A DNA stretch of 64,000 nucleotides from an uncultured Acidimicrobiaceae bacterium (GCA_963725355.1 CAVRYE010000012.1:457528-521527), one strand, 5' to 3'; counted from the stretch's first letter, positions 1 through 12,884 are shown. A program made the numbers and translations. The notes: generated by a model not told the origin, from the letters alone.

Positions 1-475
1 CCAGATCTGCCTGGTGACTGCGGCGAGGCGCAAGGTGGGCGAGCGCATCGTCCTTGTCATCGCCGTCACCTTGGGCCAGCCCTCGAGCCTTTACGGGGCG
101 GGTGAGATCGACTTGTCGCTGCTCAATGCCGCCACGGCCGACCTCGGGGTGCACCAGATCCTGCGCGCCTACGAGCCGGTCGCCTCCGTCTCGGCGGGCT
201 GGACGCAAAGAGCGCTCCAGGTCTACGTACCGGTCCACATGACCGTCGTCGCCTGGCCCGGCCTCACGGTAACGACGGTCATAAGGCCGGCGGTGCCCGT
301 CGCCCCCGGGGCGGGCCGGGGATGGACGCCTGGCACCAAGATGGGCCTCGTCGAGGTGGCGAGCCCCGGCGGCATCCAGGCCGTCGAGCCGTTGAGGCTT
401 AACCACTTCCTTTCTTCCGCCCCGCTCGGGTGGTCACCGGGGGCGACCTCGACCACGGTCTCGGGCAGTAGCTGA
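1..475 (+). CDS. C-terminal part of a probable D-alanyl-D-alanine carboxypeptidase-like protein (5' truncated by window)
   Basis: Open frame running in from the window edge; 'LVTAARRKVGERIVLVIAVTLGQ' resembles the strand after the KTG motif of peptidase S11 proteins; catalytic motifs lie outside the window. Confidence 0.4.
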   Translation, partial: QICLVTAARRKVGERIVLVIAVTLGQPSSLYGAGEIDLSLLNAATADLGVHQILRAYEPVASVSAGWTQRALQVYVPVHMTVVAWPGLTVTTVIRPAVPVAPGAGRGWTPGTKMGLVEVASPGGIQAVEPLRLNHFLSSAPLGWSPGATSTTVSGSS

Positions 476-484
476 GCGTCAACA

Positions 485-1336
485 TTGCGCGCCCGAGCCC
501 CGGCCTCTACGGCCAACCTCGGCCCAGGATTCGACGTCCTGGCCCTGGCACTTCGCCTCTATGTGGAGGTCGAGGTCGTCCCCGCTGACCACTTCTCGAT
601 CTCATCTGAGGGAGAAGGGTCGTCCATCGCCTGTGACGAGCAGCACTTTGCAGCAAAGGTCGCCTTGGCGGTCTGCGGGCACGATCGCCTCGCCATCTCG
701 GTCCGCTCCGAGATCCCCCTAAAGCGCGGCCTCGGCTCGTCGGCGGCTCTGGCGGTGGCAGCCGCGGCAGCGGCCGGAGCGGTCGAGCCTTTGAAGGTTG
801 CGGCATCGTTCGAAGGCCACGTGGAGAACGCCGCCGCCTCACTGATGGGGGGCCTCGTGGCGGCCGCCATGGTCGACTCCGGGCCGGTCGTACGCAGCTT
901 CCCGCTCGATCCGTCATTGAGCTTCGTCGTGCTCATCCCAGAGCGCGAGCTCGCCACGAAAGAGGCGCGCAGCGTCCTTCCAAGCGAGGTGCCGAGGGCC
1001 GACGCCGTGTTCAATCTCTCCCGGATGGGCCTCTTGCTGGCCGGCCTGGCCGATCACAGTTTGCTCGTGAACGAGGCCGGTGACGACCGGCTCCACCAGG
1101 CCCAGCGCGCTCGGCTTTTTCCCGAGGCACCCGAGCTGCTCGCACGCCTTGTGAAGGCGGGGGCGCTCGTTTCCTGCTGGTCGGGAGCCGGGCCGAGCCT
1201 GCTGGCGGTCTGCGACGGGTCGTCGGCCGCCGCACAGGTCCGTGAGGCGGGCGAGGCGGCGTTGGCGGATGTGGCAGTCGCCGGGCGCGCCGTCGTGCTC
1301 GCACCCGATCTCGAGGGGCTCGTCGTAGAGGGCTGA
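485..1336 (+). CDS. thrB: Homoserine kinase
   Basis: PASTANLGPGFD N-terminus, GHMP motif IPLKRGLGSSAA, EGHVENAAA, SGAGPS. Confidence 0.95.
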   Translation: MRARAPASTANLGPGFDVLALALRLYVEVEVVPADHFSISSEGEGSSIACDEQHFAAKVALAVCGHDRLAISVRSEIPLKRGLGSSAALAVAAAAAAGAVEPLKVAASFEGHVENAAASLMGGLVAAAMVDSGPVVRSFPLDPSLSFVVLIPERELATKEARSVLPSEVPRADAVFNLSRMGLLLAGLADHSLLVNEAGDDRLHQAQRARLFPEAPELLARLVKAGALVSCWSGAGPSLLAVCDGSSAAAQVREAGEAALADVAVAGRAVVLAPDLEGLVVEG

Positions 1337-1380
1337 GACCCGGTCCTTAGACGAGAAGGGACCGTTAGGGTAGTTCTCAG

Positions 1381-3168
1381 TTGCTCATGGGGGACCGAAC
1401 TGCTGCCAGGGACCGGGCGCACCCGGTCGAGACGACCGAGCGCCGCGACAGCTACAAGTGGATAGCGCTGTCGAACACGACCCTCGGCGTGCTGATGGCG
1501 ACGCTCGACTCGTCGATCATGCTCATCGCCATGCCGGACATCTTCCGCGGGATCGGACTCGACCCGCTGCAGCCGGGCAACAGCTTCTACCTGCTCTGGA
1601 TGATCTTGAGCTTCCTCATCGTGAGCAGTGTGCTTGTGGTGAGCCTCGGGCGCCTCGGGGACATGTTCGGCCGGGTGCGCATGTACAACCTCGGCTTTGC
1701 CATCTACACAATGGCGTCGCTCATCTTGACCGTCGACTGGTTCACGGGCCGGGCCGGGGCGCTCTACCTCGTGGGTTTTCGCGTCGTGCAGGGCGTCGGG
1801 GCCGCCTTCCTCGTCGCCAATTCGGCCGCCATCTTGACCGACGCCTTCCCGGAGAACCAGCGCGGACTCGCCCTTGGCATCAACAACGTCGCCGGCATCA
1901 GCGGCTCGTTCATCGGCCTCGTCGTGGGCGGCCTGCTCGCCCCGATCGACTGGCGCCTCATCTTTCTCGTCTCGGTGCCCTTCGGGGCCTTCGGAACGGT
2001 CTGGGCCTACTTGAAGCTCGAGGACAGGGGCATCCGGCGCCGGGCACCTGTCGACTGGCTCGGCAATGTCGCCTTCGCTCTCGGTCTCAGCATCGTCATG
2101 GTCGGCATCACCTATGGGATCGAGCCCTACGGGCGCGACACGATGGGGTGGACGAACCCGACGGTGATCGCCGAGCTCGCCGTCGGAGCGGCTCTGCTCG
2201 TCGTCTTCGGTTTCATCGAGACCAGGGTGGAGAACCCGATGTTCCGCCTGCCTCTTTTCAAGATCCGCGCCTTTGCCGCGGGCACCTTGTCGAGCTTTTT
2301 GTCCGCCCTCGGGCGAGGCGGGCTCTTGTTCATGCTCATCATCTGGCTGCAGGGGATCTGGCTGCCAGAGCACGGCTACTCGTTCTCCAACACGCCCCTT
2401 TGGGCCGGCATCTACATGCTGCCCCTCACGGCGGGCTTCCTTCTCGCCGGGCCCGCTTCGGGCATCTTGTCGGACCGCTTCGGCTCACGGCCCTTCGCCA
2501 CCGGGGGCATGCTCGTCGCCGCTTTGAGCTTCGTCCTGTTGGAGCTGTTGCCGGTCGACTTCTCCTACCCCGGCTTCGCCGGCTTGTTGTTGATGAACGG
2601 GCTCGCCATGGGGGCCTTCGCCGCCCCCAACCGGGCCGGGGTGATGAACAGCCTGCCCGCCCGCGACCGAGGCGTCGGCGGCGGCATGAACGCCACCTTC
2701 CAGAGCTCGGCCCAGGTGCTCTCCATCGGGATCTTCTTCACCCTCATGATCCTCGGGCTCTCCTCGGCGTTGTCGAAGAGCCTCTACAAGGGCCTGGTCG
2801 CCCATGGTGTGCCGGTGGCGATCGCCTCCCATGCCGCCAGCCTTCCCCCCGTCTCGACGCTGTTCGCGGCCTTCCTCGGCTACAACCCCGTGCAGCACCT
2901 CGTCGGTGCCCAGGCCCTTTCCAGGCTGACCGGGTCGCAAAGGGCGATCTTGCTGGGCCACGGCTTCTTCCCGAGGCTTATCGCGGCACCATTCCACTCA
3001 GGGCTGCACGAGGCCTTCGCCTTTTCCATCGCCGCCTGCCTGATCGCAGCGGTCGCCTCTTTCCTTCGGGGAAAGCGTTACGTGGACCACGGCTCCAGCG
3101 CTGTCGAGCCTGCCGCCGCCGCCCGACAGGTGGCTGGTGAGCGGGCGGTGGTGGCGGGCGAGGCGTAG
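1381..3168 (+). CDS. MFS transporter (EmrB/QacA-like, 14 TM)
   Basis: GRLGDMFGR motif A, second copy GILSDRFG, many hydrophobic helices. Confidence 0.9.
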   Translation: MLMGDRTAARDRAHPVETTERRDSYKWIALSNTTLGVLMATLDSSIMLIAMPDIFRGIGLDPLQPGNSFYLLWMILSFLIVSSVLVVSLGRLGDMFGRVRMYNLGFAIYTMASLILTVDWFTGRAGALYLVGFRVVQGVGAAFLVANSAAILTDAFPENQRGLALGINNVAGISGSFIGLVVGGLLAPIDWRLIFLVSVPFGAFGTVWAYLKLEDRGIRRRAPVDWLGNVAFALGLSIVMVGITYGIEPYGRDTMGWTNPTVIAELAVGAALLVVFGFIETRVENPMFRLPLFKIRAFAAGTLSSFLSALGRGGLLFMLIIWLQGIWLPEHGYSFSNTPLWAGIYMLPLTAGFLLAGPASGILSDRFGSRPFATGGMLVAALSFVLLELLPVDFSYPGFAGLLLMNGLAMGAFAAPNRAGVMNSLPARDRGVGGGMNATFQSSAQVLSIGIFFTLMILGLSSALSKSLYKGLVAHGVPVAIASHAASLPPVSTLFAAFLGYNPVQHLVGAQALSRLTGSQRAILLGHGFFPRLIAAPFHSGLHEAFAFSIAACLIAAVASFLRGKRYVDHGSSAVEPAAAARQVAGERAVVAGEA

Positions 3169-3181
3169 CGGCCCGGGCCGT

Positions 3182-3679
3182 TCAGCTGCTCGAGGGCACC
3201 CCGGCGGCGATCTCGTCGAGCCCTTGGGCAAGGGCGTTCCACGAGAGCGTGGCGCACTTTATACGGACGGGGAACTTGACCACGCCCTGCAGGGCGGCCA
3301 GCTCGCCGAGGTCGTCGGGGCTGACCGTGTCCGGCTCTTCGTGGCCCTCAGTCTCATCTCCGCCGAGGGAGTGCTCGTGGATCGACATCATCGCCTTGAA
3401 GGAGCGGATCAAGCGACGTGCCTCGTCTACGGGCTTGGACTTGACAGTGGCCGACATCATCGAGGCGGACGACTGGCTGATCGAGCACCCCTGGCCCGAG
3501 ATGGCCACGTCGGTGACGACACCGTCTTCGACCTGCAGGTAGACGACGACCTCGTCGCCGCAGAGGGGGTTGAAGCCCTCCACCCGGTGCGCTGGCGGGA
3601 CCGGGAGCTCACCTCGGTTCCGGGGCGAGCGGTAGTGGTCGAGGATTATCTCGCGGTAAAGGTCTTCGAGGCCGGCCAT
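3182..3679 (-). CDS. sufU: SUF system NifU-like Fe-S assembly protein SufU
   Basis: LYREIILDHY, NPLCGD, GQGCSISQSSAS, RIKCATL motifs. Confidence 0.95.
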   Translation of the reverse strand: MAGLEDLYREIILDHYRSPRNRGELPVPPAHRVEGFNPLCGDEVVVYLQVEDGVVTDVAISGQGCSISQSSASMMSATVKSKPVDEARRLIRSFKAMMSIHEHSLGGDETEGHEEPDTVSPDDLGELAALQGVVKFPVRIKCATLSWNALAQGLDEIAAGVPSSS

Positions 3680-3716
3680 GGTGTGTCTTGGCTCCTATTT
3701 CAGTTGTCGCATGTTC

Positions 3717-5800
<2,084 letters not shown>

Positions 5801-5881
5801 GTTAGACGCGCTGGCGGATTAACACTACGCCCGTAGGGGAAATACGCCCGTCGCCACTGGCTCATGGCACGCCAGTCCTGG

Positions 5882-6484
5882 CTACCAGCCCCGGGCGACC
5901 CACTCGTCTAGATGGGGGCGCTCGGCGCCGATCGTCGTGTCGAGGCCGTGGCCCGGCATGACGATCGTCTCGGCAGCAAGCGGCGCGAAGAGCCGTCGCT
6001 CGATCGAGTCGATGATCGTCGGAAAGTCGCCAAGCTCGGTGGCGGTGTTGCCCGGCCCGCCCGGAAAGAGCGTGTCGCCGGACAACAGCACGGGCGAGCC
6101 CTCGATGAGAAAGCAGATCGAGCCCGGCGTGTGGCCCGGGGTGTGGATCGTGCGCAGGCGCAGGCGCCCGACCTCCAATACCTCGTCGTCGTCGAGGAGC
6201 AGGTCATAAGAGGGGAGCATGGCGGCGTCCTCGGCCCGTACAGCGACCTCGTAGCCGGCTTCTCGCAGCTGCGGCACCGCCTGAATGTGGTCCCAGTGCC
6301 CGTGGGTCTCCACGACCTTTCGCACGCCGAGCCTTTGGCAGAGCTCGAGGAGCTGCTCGTGCTCGTTGGCGGCGTCGACGAGGAGCGCCTCGCCGCTTTG
6401 GCGACAGCGCACTACGAAGACGTTGTTGTCGATGGGACCGACGACGAGCTTGTGGATCTCGACCTGTTCGTCCTCGTAGTGCAT
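5882..6484 (-). CDS. MBL-fold metallo-hydrolase (glyoxalase II-like)
   Basis: THGHWDH, HTPGHTPGS, SGDTLF, PGHG; start placed at MHYEDEQ. Confidence 0.9.
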   Translation of the reverse strand: MHYEDEQVEIHKLVVGPIDNNVFVVRCRQSGEALLVDAANEHEQLLELCQRLGVRKVVETHGHWDHIQAVPQLREAGYEVAVRAEDAAMLPSYDLLLDDDEVLEVGRLRLRTIHTPGHTPGSICFLIEGSPVLLSGDTLFPGGPGNTATELGDFPTIIDSIERRLFAPLAAETIVMPGHGLDTTIGAERPHLDEWVARGW

Positions 6485-6568
6485 GGCGGCCTCCTGGGCT
6501 CGTCCCGGCGCCGCGTAAAAGGCGGCGGGGGAGGGAGCGGCTCTTTGCACAGAGTAAAGTCCGCACGC

Positions 6569-6844
6569 GTGGCCACAGGCGCGGAGAGCGGCCGGCCAAA
6601 CGGGCCGCGGGCCTCGGATGCTGACCGGGACCGCTTTGCCGCTCAGCTGCACGAGCATTTTGCCGAGGGCCGCCTCAGCCTCGATGAGCTGCAGCGCCGC
6701 CTCGATCTCGTCTTTTCCGCCGAGACGCTCGTGGACCTGTACGCCCTTACGAGCGACCTCCCCTATCCGGGCCCGAAACTGTCGCACCACCAAGAGCTGA
6801 ATCGCAGGTCAAAGCCCCGGCGACGGGGCTGGTGGCCCTTTTGA
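6569..6844 (+). CDS. DUF1707 (SHOCT-like) domain protein
   Basis: RASDADR...EHFAEGRLSLDE...RLD...TSDLP signature; GTG start inferred. Confidence 0.8.
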   Translation: MATGAESGRPNGPRASDADRDRFAAQLHEHFAEGRLSLDELQRRLDLVFSAETLVDLYALTSDLPYPGPKLSHHQELNRRSKPRRRGWWPF

Positions 6845-7190
6845 AATGAGAGTGCGCCCGGAGAGCCTCCGAGGCCGATACATTGGGGCCACCAGAGAAA
6901 GGAGGTGGTCCAATTCATGAGTAGTCAACCTTGCGGGACCCTGGAGGTGGCTGGCCGCTAGGCGGCACGCTGGACCACCTGGTGAAACCATCCAGACACC
7001 CTCGGTGTCCTCCGGTCGAGAGTTGGTCCCGCTCGAAGTAGTCCGGAAGCCGAGCCTTTTTCAGCAAAGAAACGATGGTTCCGGGGTTCGCCCCGGAGCC
7101 GGCTCGAGGGGCGCTACGGCGCCCCTCGAGCGCGTCTTGACCACCGACACACGGCCCCGTCGTCTGCGGGCCAAAAGGGCGCTCGGGACC

Positions 7191-7667
7191 TCAGGCCTGC
7201 AGCGGTCGCGAGGAGCGCGGACGAGACCGCGCGGCAAGCGCGTGGTGGCCGGAGCCGGTCGCCGGGCAGTTGAGCACCTCGTCGTCGGAGCTTCGATGGT
7301 TAGACCCGTTGTCGGCTAGTCGCCGTTGCGAGATCCCACAATTGGACCGGACCTCGGCGACGGGCGGAGGTCCGACGACGAGGTACGGCTCGGCCACCGC
7401 CTTTGCCAGCTGCCCCGAGCCCGACGGAAACATATTGGCGACGAGCTGCTGAAAGGTCTCGGGCTTCGGGGCGAGCAGATCGGCAGCGCTGGTACCTAGG
7501 TCGTGGCCCCAAACTCCCATCACGGCCAAGGCCAGAAGGACTTTCAGTCCGGTGCGACCCTTTCGTCTCCTTGGCCGGAGATCGCGCCCAGGATCGTTGC
7601 TCGACGAGCCCGGCTGGAGTGGGCCCTTTACCCGTGCCCTGCGTCGAAAAAGGAGAAAGCCTGTCAT
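7191..7667 (-). CDS. Hypothetical membrane-anchored protein downstream of a riboswitch
   Basis: 158-aa ORF with a basic stretch followed by a hydrophobic segment (KVLLALAVMGVW); starts about 50 nt after the riboswitch aptamer. Confidence 0.5.
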   Translation of the reverse strand: MTGFLLFRRRARVKGPLQPGSSSNDPGRDLRPRRRKGRTGLKVLLALAVMGVWGHDLGTSAADLLAPKPETFQQLVANMFPSGSGQLAKAVAEPYLVVGPPPVAEVRSNCGISQRRLADNGSNHRSSDDEVLNCPATGSGHHALAARSRPRSSRPLQA

Positions 7668-7713
7668 CCCCGTTCGGTTCTGCCCAAGGGCATAGCGCCT
7701 TACAGCCGAGCTC

Positions 7714-7788
7714 GGAACGGGTTCGCTATTCGCTCCTTCCAGCCCAAGCGACCAAATAAGGGCCGGAGATCAACGCTTCCTTCGCTGC
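7714..7788 (-). ncRNA. c-di-GMP-II-type riboswitch (variant), copy 1
   Basis: Minus strand GG-AA-GC-GUU-GA-UC-UCCGGCCC-UUAUU-UGG-UCGCU-UG-GGCUGGA-AG-GA-GC-GA-AU-AGCGA-AC-CC-G aligns segment for segment with the class II architecture as recalled (kink-turn GA/GA, pseudoknot UCCGGCCC/GGGCUGGA, UCGCU/AGCGA stem). Confidence 0.8.
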
Positions 7789-8219
7789 TTCTAAAGCTGC
7801 AGCAACGACCCGCTGCAGTCAAGGGGCGGTTGAGCTCTCCTGTGGAGAGCGGATCATCCGAGGAGCTGGTGGTGGTCGAGGCTCGTCACCTCGATCGCGT
7901 GGCCTACCTCGGACGTCGCGTTAGCTCCCGTCGATCGGCGGTGCTCGGGGCGCCAGGCCTCACGACACCAACTTGTAAAGTCATTCCCCTTCCCCTGATC
8001 ACCGCTTGCACGGGAGGCATCACTCCCAGTGGCTGTTAGGAGTCGACCTCGGTCGGAGAAGCGAGAGCAGACAAGCGAAGCGAGGGCAGTGTGCGAACCG
8101 CGTTATCTTCAGGTGATCTGCGGCTGAGCCTCCGCCAGCCCCCGTTGAACACTAAAAGCGGTTTTTGGGCCACCGGAGAGGAAGCGTCCAAGGCCACCGG
8201 GGGTAAGAGAAGCGTCGTG

Positions 8220-8882
8220 ATGCGCGCCAGGTACAGCCTCGTGATCGCAGTCCTGCTTCTCAGCAGCCTTTCGGCCTGCGGAAGGACCCTCTACAACTTC
8301 CCGAAGCTTTCTCGCGACCTTCCTCTCGGCGCCGTCAACTTGTTGAGCAACCCGAGCTTTGAGGACAACGTCCTTTGCACAAAGAACTGCGCGGTCTTTT
8401 CCACATGGAGCATCGAGTACTCGACGCCAGGCCCACCGCTGGCCTTTCGTACGAGGCGGGGGGTCGTGACGGGTTCATTCGCAGAGGAGCTCGTCTACCG
8501 TGGCCAGCACGCCGACAACGGAGTCCACAAGGCGATCGAGCTCTACCAGACCCTTGTCGAGGGTGCCGCCACCTCAGGTGGGCACCGCCTCACGTTCACG
8601 CTCTGGGTCTCGGGCACCTGTGTGAAGTGCGCCCCGTTCATCGGCATCGAGTCCTTCGACACGGGAGATCACCACCTGGGTGAGTCCGACCAGTACTTCG
8701 ACCCCCCGAGCACGCCGAAGCCGGTCCGTGTTTCCTACCTGCTGCCGAGCGGCTCTATCGCGGCCGCGGCCTACATCCAGGTGCCGGAGCTCTACGCCAG
8801 CTCGCGGGTCGACCTCATCGTGGACGACGCCTCCCTGACCTCGGCGCAGGTGCCACCGCGACCGACCTCACTCGGGCTTTGA
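8220..8882 (+). CDS. Lipoprotein with carbohydrate-binding-module-like jelly-roll domain
   Basis: Lipobox LLLSSLSA-C; NLLSNPSFE motif typical of CBM4/9-like domains; paralog of 12832..13566. Confidence 0.65.
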   Translation: MRARYSLVIAVLLLSSLSACGRTLYNFPKLSRDLPLGAVNLLSNPSFEDNVLCTKNCAVFSTWSIEYSTPGPPLAFRTRRGVVTGSFAEELVYRGQHADNGVHKAIELYQTLVEGAATSGGHRLTFTLWVSGTCVKCAPFIGIESFDTGDHHLGESDQYFDPPSTPKPVRVSYLLPSGSIAAAAYIQVPELYASSRVDLIVDDASLTSAQVPPRPTSLGL

Positions 8883-8957
8883 CGGCGCCTCCAGCCGCTC
8901 GCAGCTCAAGGGGTGCCCCAACGTCGCCGATGAACCCAATATGGTGGTTGAACGGCA

Positions 8958-10044
8958 ATGACGTTCAAACGCTGGGCAATTCTCGCCGCGTTGGCCGTGG
9001 TGACGACCGTTGTCGGGGGGTTCGCTGCCCCGAGTCCCAGTTCCCAGGCCCACCCCGGCGCGGCCGCCAGGCAGTTGAGCGGAGGCACGGTCCTCACCCG
9101 GGCAGGTTCGAAGACGCCTTCCAGACGAGGTAGCACGACGACTGGCTCCGGTTTCTCGGCGAGCTCGGTGAGTGCCTACGAGTGGTACGACTCGACCTGG
9201 TCCTCGGGAGCGTCCAGCTACCGGCCGCGACTGGCCACGCTCAAACGACTGGGCGTGACAGAGCTGTTTGTCGACATCACGAGGGCCGTCACGATGGAGC
9301 AAGGCTCCGATGCCGCTCTTAAGCCCTACCTATCCACTTTCCGCGAGCTCGTCGCCTATGCGGCCCGTGAGAACGTTCGCGTCCATGCCCTCATGGGCGA
9401 TCCCTGTTGGGCGACGAGCGACCACGCCGGCGCGGCCGACGCCCTCAAGGTCATGTCGGATCTCAAAGCCCTCAAGGTGGGCTCGATGCCGGCCGGGCTC
9501 CAGCTCGACGTGGAGCCATGGGGCCTGCCGGCCTGGAGCAACGAGAAGAGCTCTTACTCCTTGGCCTACTTGAGCATGGTCCGCTCCGTGGCGAAGAGCT
9601 GGCAGACACTGGCTCTGCCTGGGTCCCTCGGCTTTGCCGTCCCGTACTGGTTCAACGGGGCCGGTGGGTCCGTCCCGCCCGTGGACAGCGGGAACGGCCT
9701 CGTCGACCCGCTCACCGCGCTCGCTGGGCATACTCGGCTCGGTCCGTGGCTCGTACCTGAACCTCATGACCTACATGACCGACCCGAGCGCGCCTGGCGG
9801 CACGATCGACTCGTTCAGGAGCGACCTCGTCGTCGCCAAGCGGCTGGGTTCACCTGTGACCTTGCTCCTCGGACAAGAGCTCGGTGAGGACCCGTCCGAG
9901 GCAACCACGACCTTTTACGGCTCGGACTGGGCCACCTGGACCGCAAACGTCGCCAAGCTCCGGGCGAGCTTCGCGTCAACCCCCCATTACGGGGGTTTGG
10001 CTGTCGACGATACCGAAGCCATGGAGCAACTGAGCAGGGCCTAA
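8958..10044 (+). CDS. Secreted glycoside-hydrolase-like (TIM barrel) protein, frameshift near 9730
   Basis: Signal peptide; GLQLDVEPW acidic motif; reading continues in ORF 9634..10044 (YLNLMTY, LLGQE, GGLAVD). Confidence 0.55.
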
Positions 10045-10407
10045 CTATCGGATTACCACATTATGTGGTTAGCCGGATGCACAATGTGTTGGATATGCAA
10101 CACCCGGTTTACCCTCTGTTTGGACGATGACGTGTCGGGTATTACCAGATGGGTAGCGACGATGCTGAGCGCTTCTAAAGCCTAGAACCACGAGCGCAGG
10201 CTGGGATCTACTCCTGTCGTGTCCAGCATGGCTGTGTCGAGCTGATGGGATGAGCGCGCCAAATGCACGCTCTATGGGCACTATCCCGGGGGTGTCAACG
10301 GGCTAAAAACCGCTTCATGATGGCTTTAGTAGCTATTCGCGGCCCGATTTTCGACCCCGCGCGATATACCAGTATCAGCAAGGGCTTCAGACACTCGAGG
10401 GGACAGA

Positions 10408-11658
10408 ATGGACAGTCATCCGACTTCGCCTGGCGAGCCACTTAGTGGCTCCGATGTTGGTTTTACCCAAGGCCGTGGCGGAGACGCTTTGATCGGGAGT
10501 GGCGATTTACCCACGCTCGGGAAACAGGAGAAAATCCCCCCGGCGGGCGACGAGCAACGCCTCGGGACGCGGGGTCTCAGTTTCGATCCGGCCAAGTTGT
10601 TGGACCGCCAGCCCGTTATCGCATACGGGGACGAGGCCAGGCAGATGATTCGCGGCAAAAGGGTGCTCATAACGGGCGCGGGGGGATCGATAGGAGGTGA
10701 GCTCGTCCGCCAGGTGAACGCTCTTCATCCCGAGATGTTGTTCCTGCTCGATCACGACGAGTCCTTGATGCACAGCCTCCAGCTCGAGGTATTCGGGGAC
10801 GGCCAGCTCGCCCACGAGAGAACCATCCTGGCCGACATCCGAGATCAGCGCCGCCTGGCAAAACTGTTCTGCGATGCGGCCCCGGACGTCGTTTTTCACG
10901 CGGCCGCCCACAAGCACCTTGCCATCCTCGAGAGGTACCCCTCAGAGGCGGTCCGCACCAACGTGCTCGGCACCGAGAATGTGATCCGTGCTTCGCAAGA
11001 CTGCGGTGCGGAGAGGCTGACCTTCATCTCCACCGACAAGGCGGCCAACCCCACCTCCGTGCTCGGAGCCTCCAAGCGAATCGCCGAGGTGCTGGTTCAC
11101 CACGGCGCGACCGAGAAGCTGCGGACAGCTTCTGTGCGCTTCGGCAACGTCCTCGGCAGTCGGGGCTCGTTCTTGCACACCTTGGACCACCAGGTTCGTT
11201 CCGGCCTCCCCGTCACTGTCACCCATCCCCTCGTCGAGCGCTTCTTCATGTCCATCCCGGAGGCAGCCTCCCTTGTCATCGAGGCGTCCGTCGGGGCGGA
11301 CAGGGGCGAGACCTATGTCCTCGACATGGGCACGCCCGTGCGCATTCTCGAGCTCGTCAGCCGCTTTCTCGAGCGCAATGCCCTGCCCGAGCCAGAGATC
11401 CGCTACACGGGCCTCGTGGCGGGGGAGAAGCTCAGCGAGCACCTTTTCGATGACAGCGAGCGGTGGTTGAAGACGAGGCATCCTCGCATCTGGCAAGTGC
11501 CATCTGAAGACGAGCGTTGGTCTTCGCTCGATCGCCTCGAGCACCTTTACTCCCAAGCCAACCTCGCGAACGAACAAGCCGTGCGCGAAGAGCTGTGGGC
11601 CTGCGTTTCGGGCCCTGAGCTCGAGCAACGGCCGGAAGAGGAACAGCGGACCGCATGA
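10408..11658 (+). CDS. Polysaccharide biosynthesis NDP-sugar 4,6-dehydratase (CapD/PglF catalytic domain, no TM part)
   Basis: ITGAGGSIG, FHAAAHKH, ISTDKA, SVRFGNVLGSRGS, RFFMSIPEA, GEKLSEHL. Confidence 0.9.
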   Translation: MDSHPTSPGEPLSGSDVGFTQGRGGDALIGSGDLPTLGKQEKIPPAGDEQRLGTRGLSFDPAKLLDRQPVIAYGDEARQMIRGKRVLITGAGGSIGGELVRQVNALHPEMLFLLDHDESLMHSLQLEVFGDGQLAHERTILADIRDQRRLAKLFCDAAPDVVFHAAAHKHLAILERYPSEAVRTNVLGTENVIRASQDCGAERLTFISTDKAANPTSVLGASKRIAEVLVHHGATEKLRTASVRFGNVLGSRGSFLHTLDHQVRSGLPVTVTHPLVERFFMSIPEAASLVIEASVGADRGETYVLDMGTPVRILELVSRFLERNALPEPEIRYTGLVAGEKLSEHLFDDSERWLKTRHPRIWQVPSEDERWSSLDRLEHLYSQANLANEQAVREELWACVSGPELEQRPEEEQRTA

Positions 11659-12884
11659 CAGGAGTAGCAGCCGCCGAACTTCTTCTCAGCCTCTTGCTCG
11701 TGCCGCTGATCCCGGCCCTGGTCGACATCATCCCGAATCTGAAGGCCCTTCGTGGCCGGGTCTTCCCGATACCGCCTGACCACGCGAGCATCGAGGACTT
11801 CACGGTGCTCGTGCCCATCTACGGCAACGTCAAGTACCTGGAGAACGTCGACTACCTGCGCCCTTACGGGTCGCGGGTAGTCCTTGTCACGACGTGCTCG
11901 GAGAGTGACGAGTTCAACCGCGCTCTCGACGCCATCGCAGGAGAGAACGGCTTCTCGGTCTTTCGCACTCCCGTCGCCCGGCAGAGCGCGAAGGCAAAGC
12001 GTCAGACCGCGGGCACGATCCGGGACCAGATCATCCGGGATGCCACCGAGGTCGTGACGACCGGATATGTCGTGTGCATCGACGCCGACACTGTGACGGA
12101 CCGCCCGCTCGGAGAGCTGGTGGGGGCGCTCGAGGCCAATAACCTCGATCTCGCTTCGGTCAAGCTGGTCCCGTCGAACACCCGGCGCTTGCTCGGCCGC
12201 CTTCAGGCGCATGAGTACCACATGGTCATGCGCCTTCGCCGCGTCCTGCCTTTTGTTTGCTCCGGTGCCTGCCAGGTGGCCCGCCACGGGGCCCACCGCG
12301 AGATCATGCGCCGCCACAGCCTGTTCTTCCAGGGAAACGACGTCGAGCTCGGCCTGCTCGCTGACGCCCTCGGCTACCGCGTCGGGTTCTTGACCTTTAC
12401 AGTCCCGACGACCGTGCCGGACCGGATCCGGCCCTGGTTCCGCCAGCGTTTTGCCTGGGCCGGCGGCGAGTTCCGCCTCTTTATCGTCAACCCCCAGCTC
12501 GTCATCCGTCACCCCTTCTACGCCTTTTACGGCGCGATCGTGGTCATCCTTCTCGTGCCTCTGCGCTGGATCAACATGGAGCGACCGGGACTTGGCTTGG
12601 TTTCGATGTTCGTCTTGTACTGGGCGATCGTCATCGCCGTGAACTGGCGCCAGCGCGACTGGAGCCTGCTCGTCTATCCCTTCTACGGAATGTTCATCAG
12701 CCTCGTCCTCGTGCCCGTGGGAGTGGTCTCTTACCTGCTCATGGCCGTGCCGGAGCGCAACTGGGGTCGGATCCGCGTCGGGCGCCTGCACAGGCGCCGG
12801 CCAGGACCGAGGAGCAGGCGGGAGGTGGAGAATGCTGAGATCGAGGAGCCTCAGAGGCCTGGTTGGATTGCTGCTCTTAACTAG
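11655..12884 (+). CDS. GT2 family membrane glycosyltransferase (processive-synthase-like)
   Basis: N-terminal TM, DADT (DxD), CSGAC, GNDV (TED equivalent), RQRFAW (QxxRW equivalent), C-terminal TM helices; ATGA overlap with the upstream gene. Confidence 0.8.
   Translation: MTGVAAAELLLSLLLVPLIPALVDIIPNLKALRGRVFPIPPDHASIEDFTVLVPIYGNVKYLENVDYLRPYGSRVVLVTTCSESDEFNRALDAIAGENGFSVFRTPVARQSAKAKRQTAGTIRDQIIRDATEVVTTGYVVCIDADTVTDRPLGELVGALEANNLDLASVKLVPSNTRRLLGRLQAHEYHMVMRLRRVLPFVCSGACQVARHGAHREIMRRHSLFFQGNDVELGLLADALGYRVGFLTFTVPTTVPDRIRPWFRQRFAWAGGEFRLFIVNPQLVIRHPFYAFYGAIVVILLVPLRWINMERPGLGLVSMFVLYWAIVIAVNWRQRDWSLLVYPFYGMFISLVLVPVGVVSYLLMAVPERNWGRIRVGRLHRRRPGPRSRREVENAEIEEPQRPGWIAALN

Noticed and set aside
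1054-2373. Long antisense and alternative-frame ORFs (also 11547..12929, 33113..34504, 34522..36153, 44605..46008)
   Set aside because: Shadow ORFs typical of high-GC coding DNA, with no motifs
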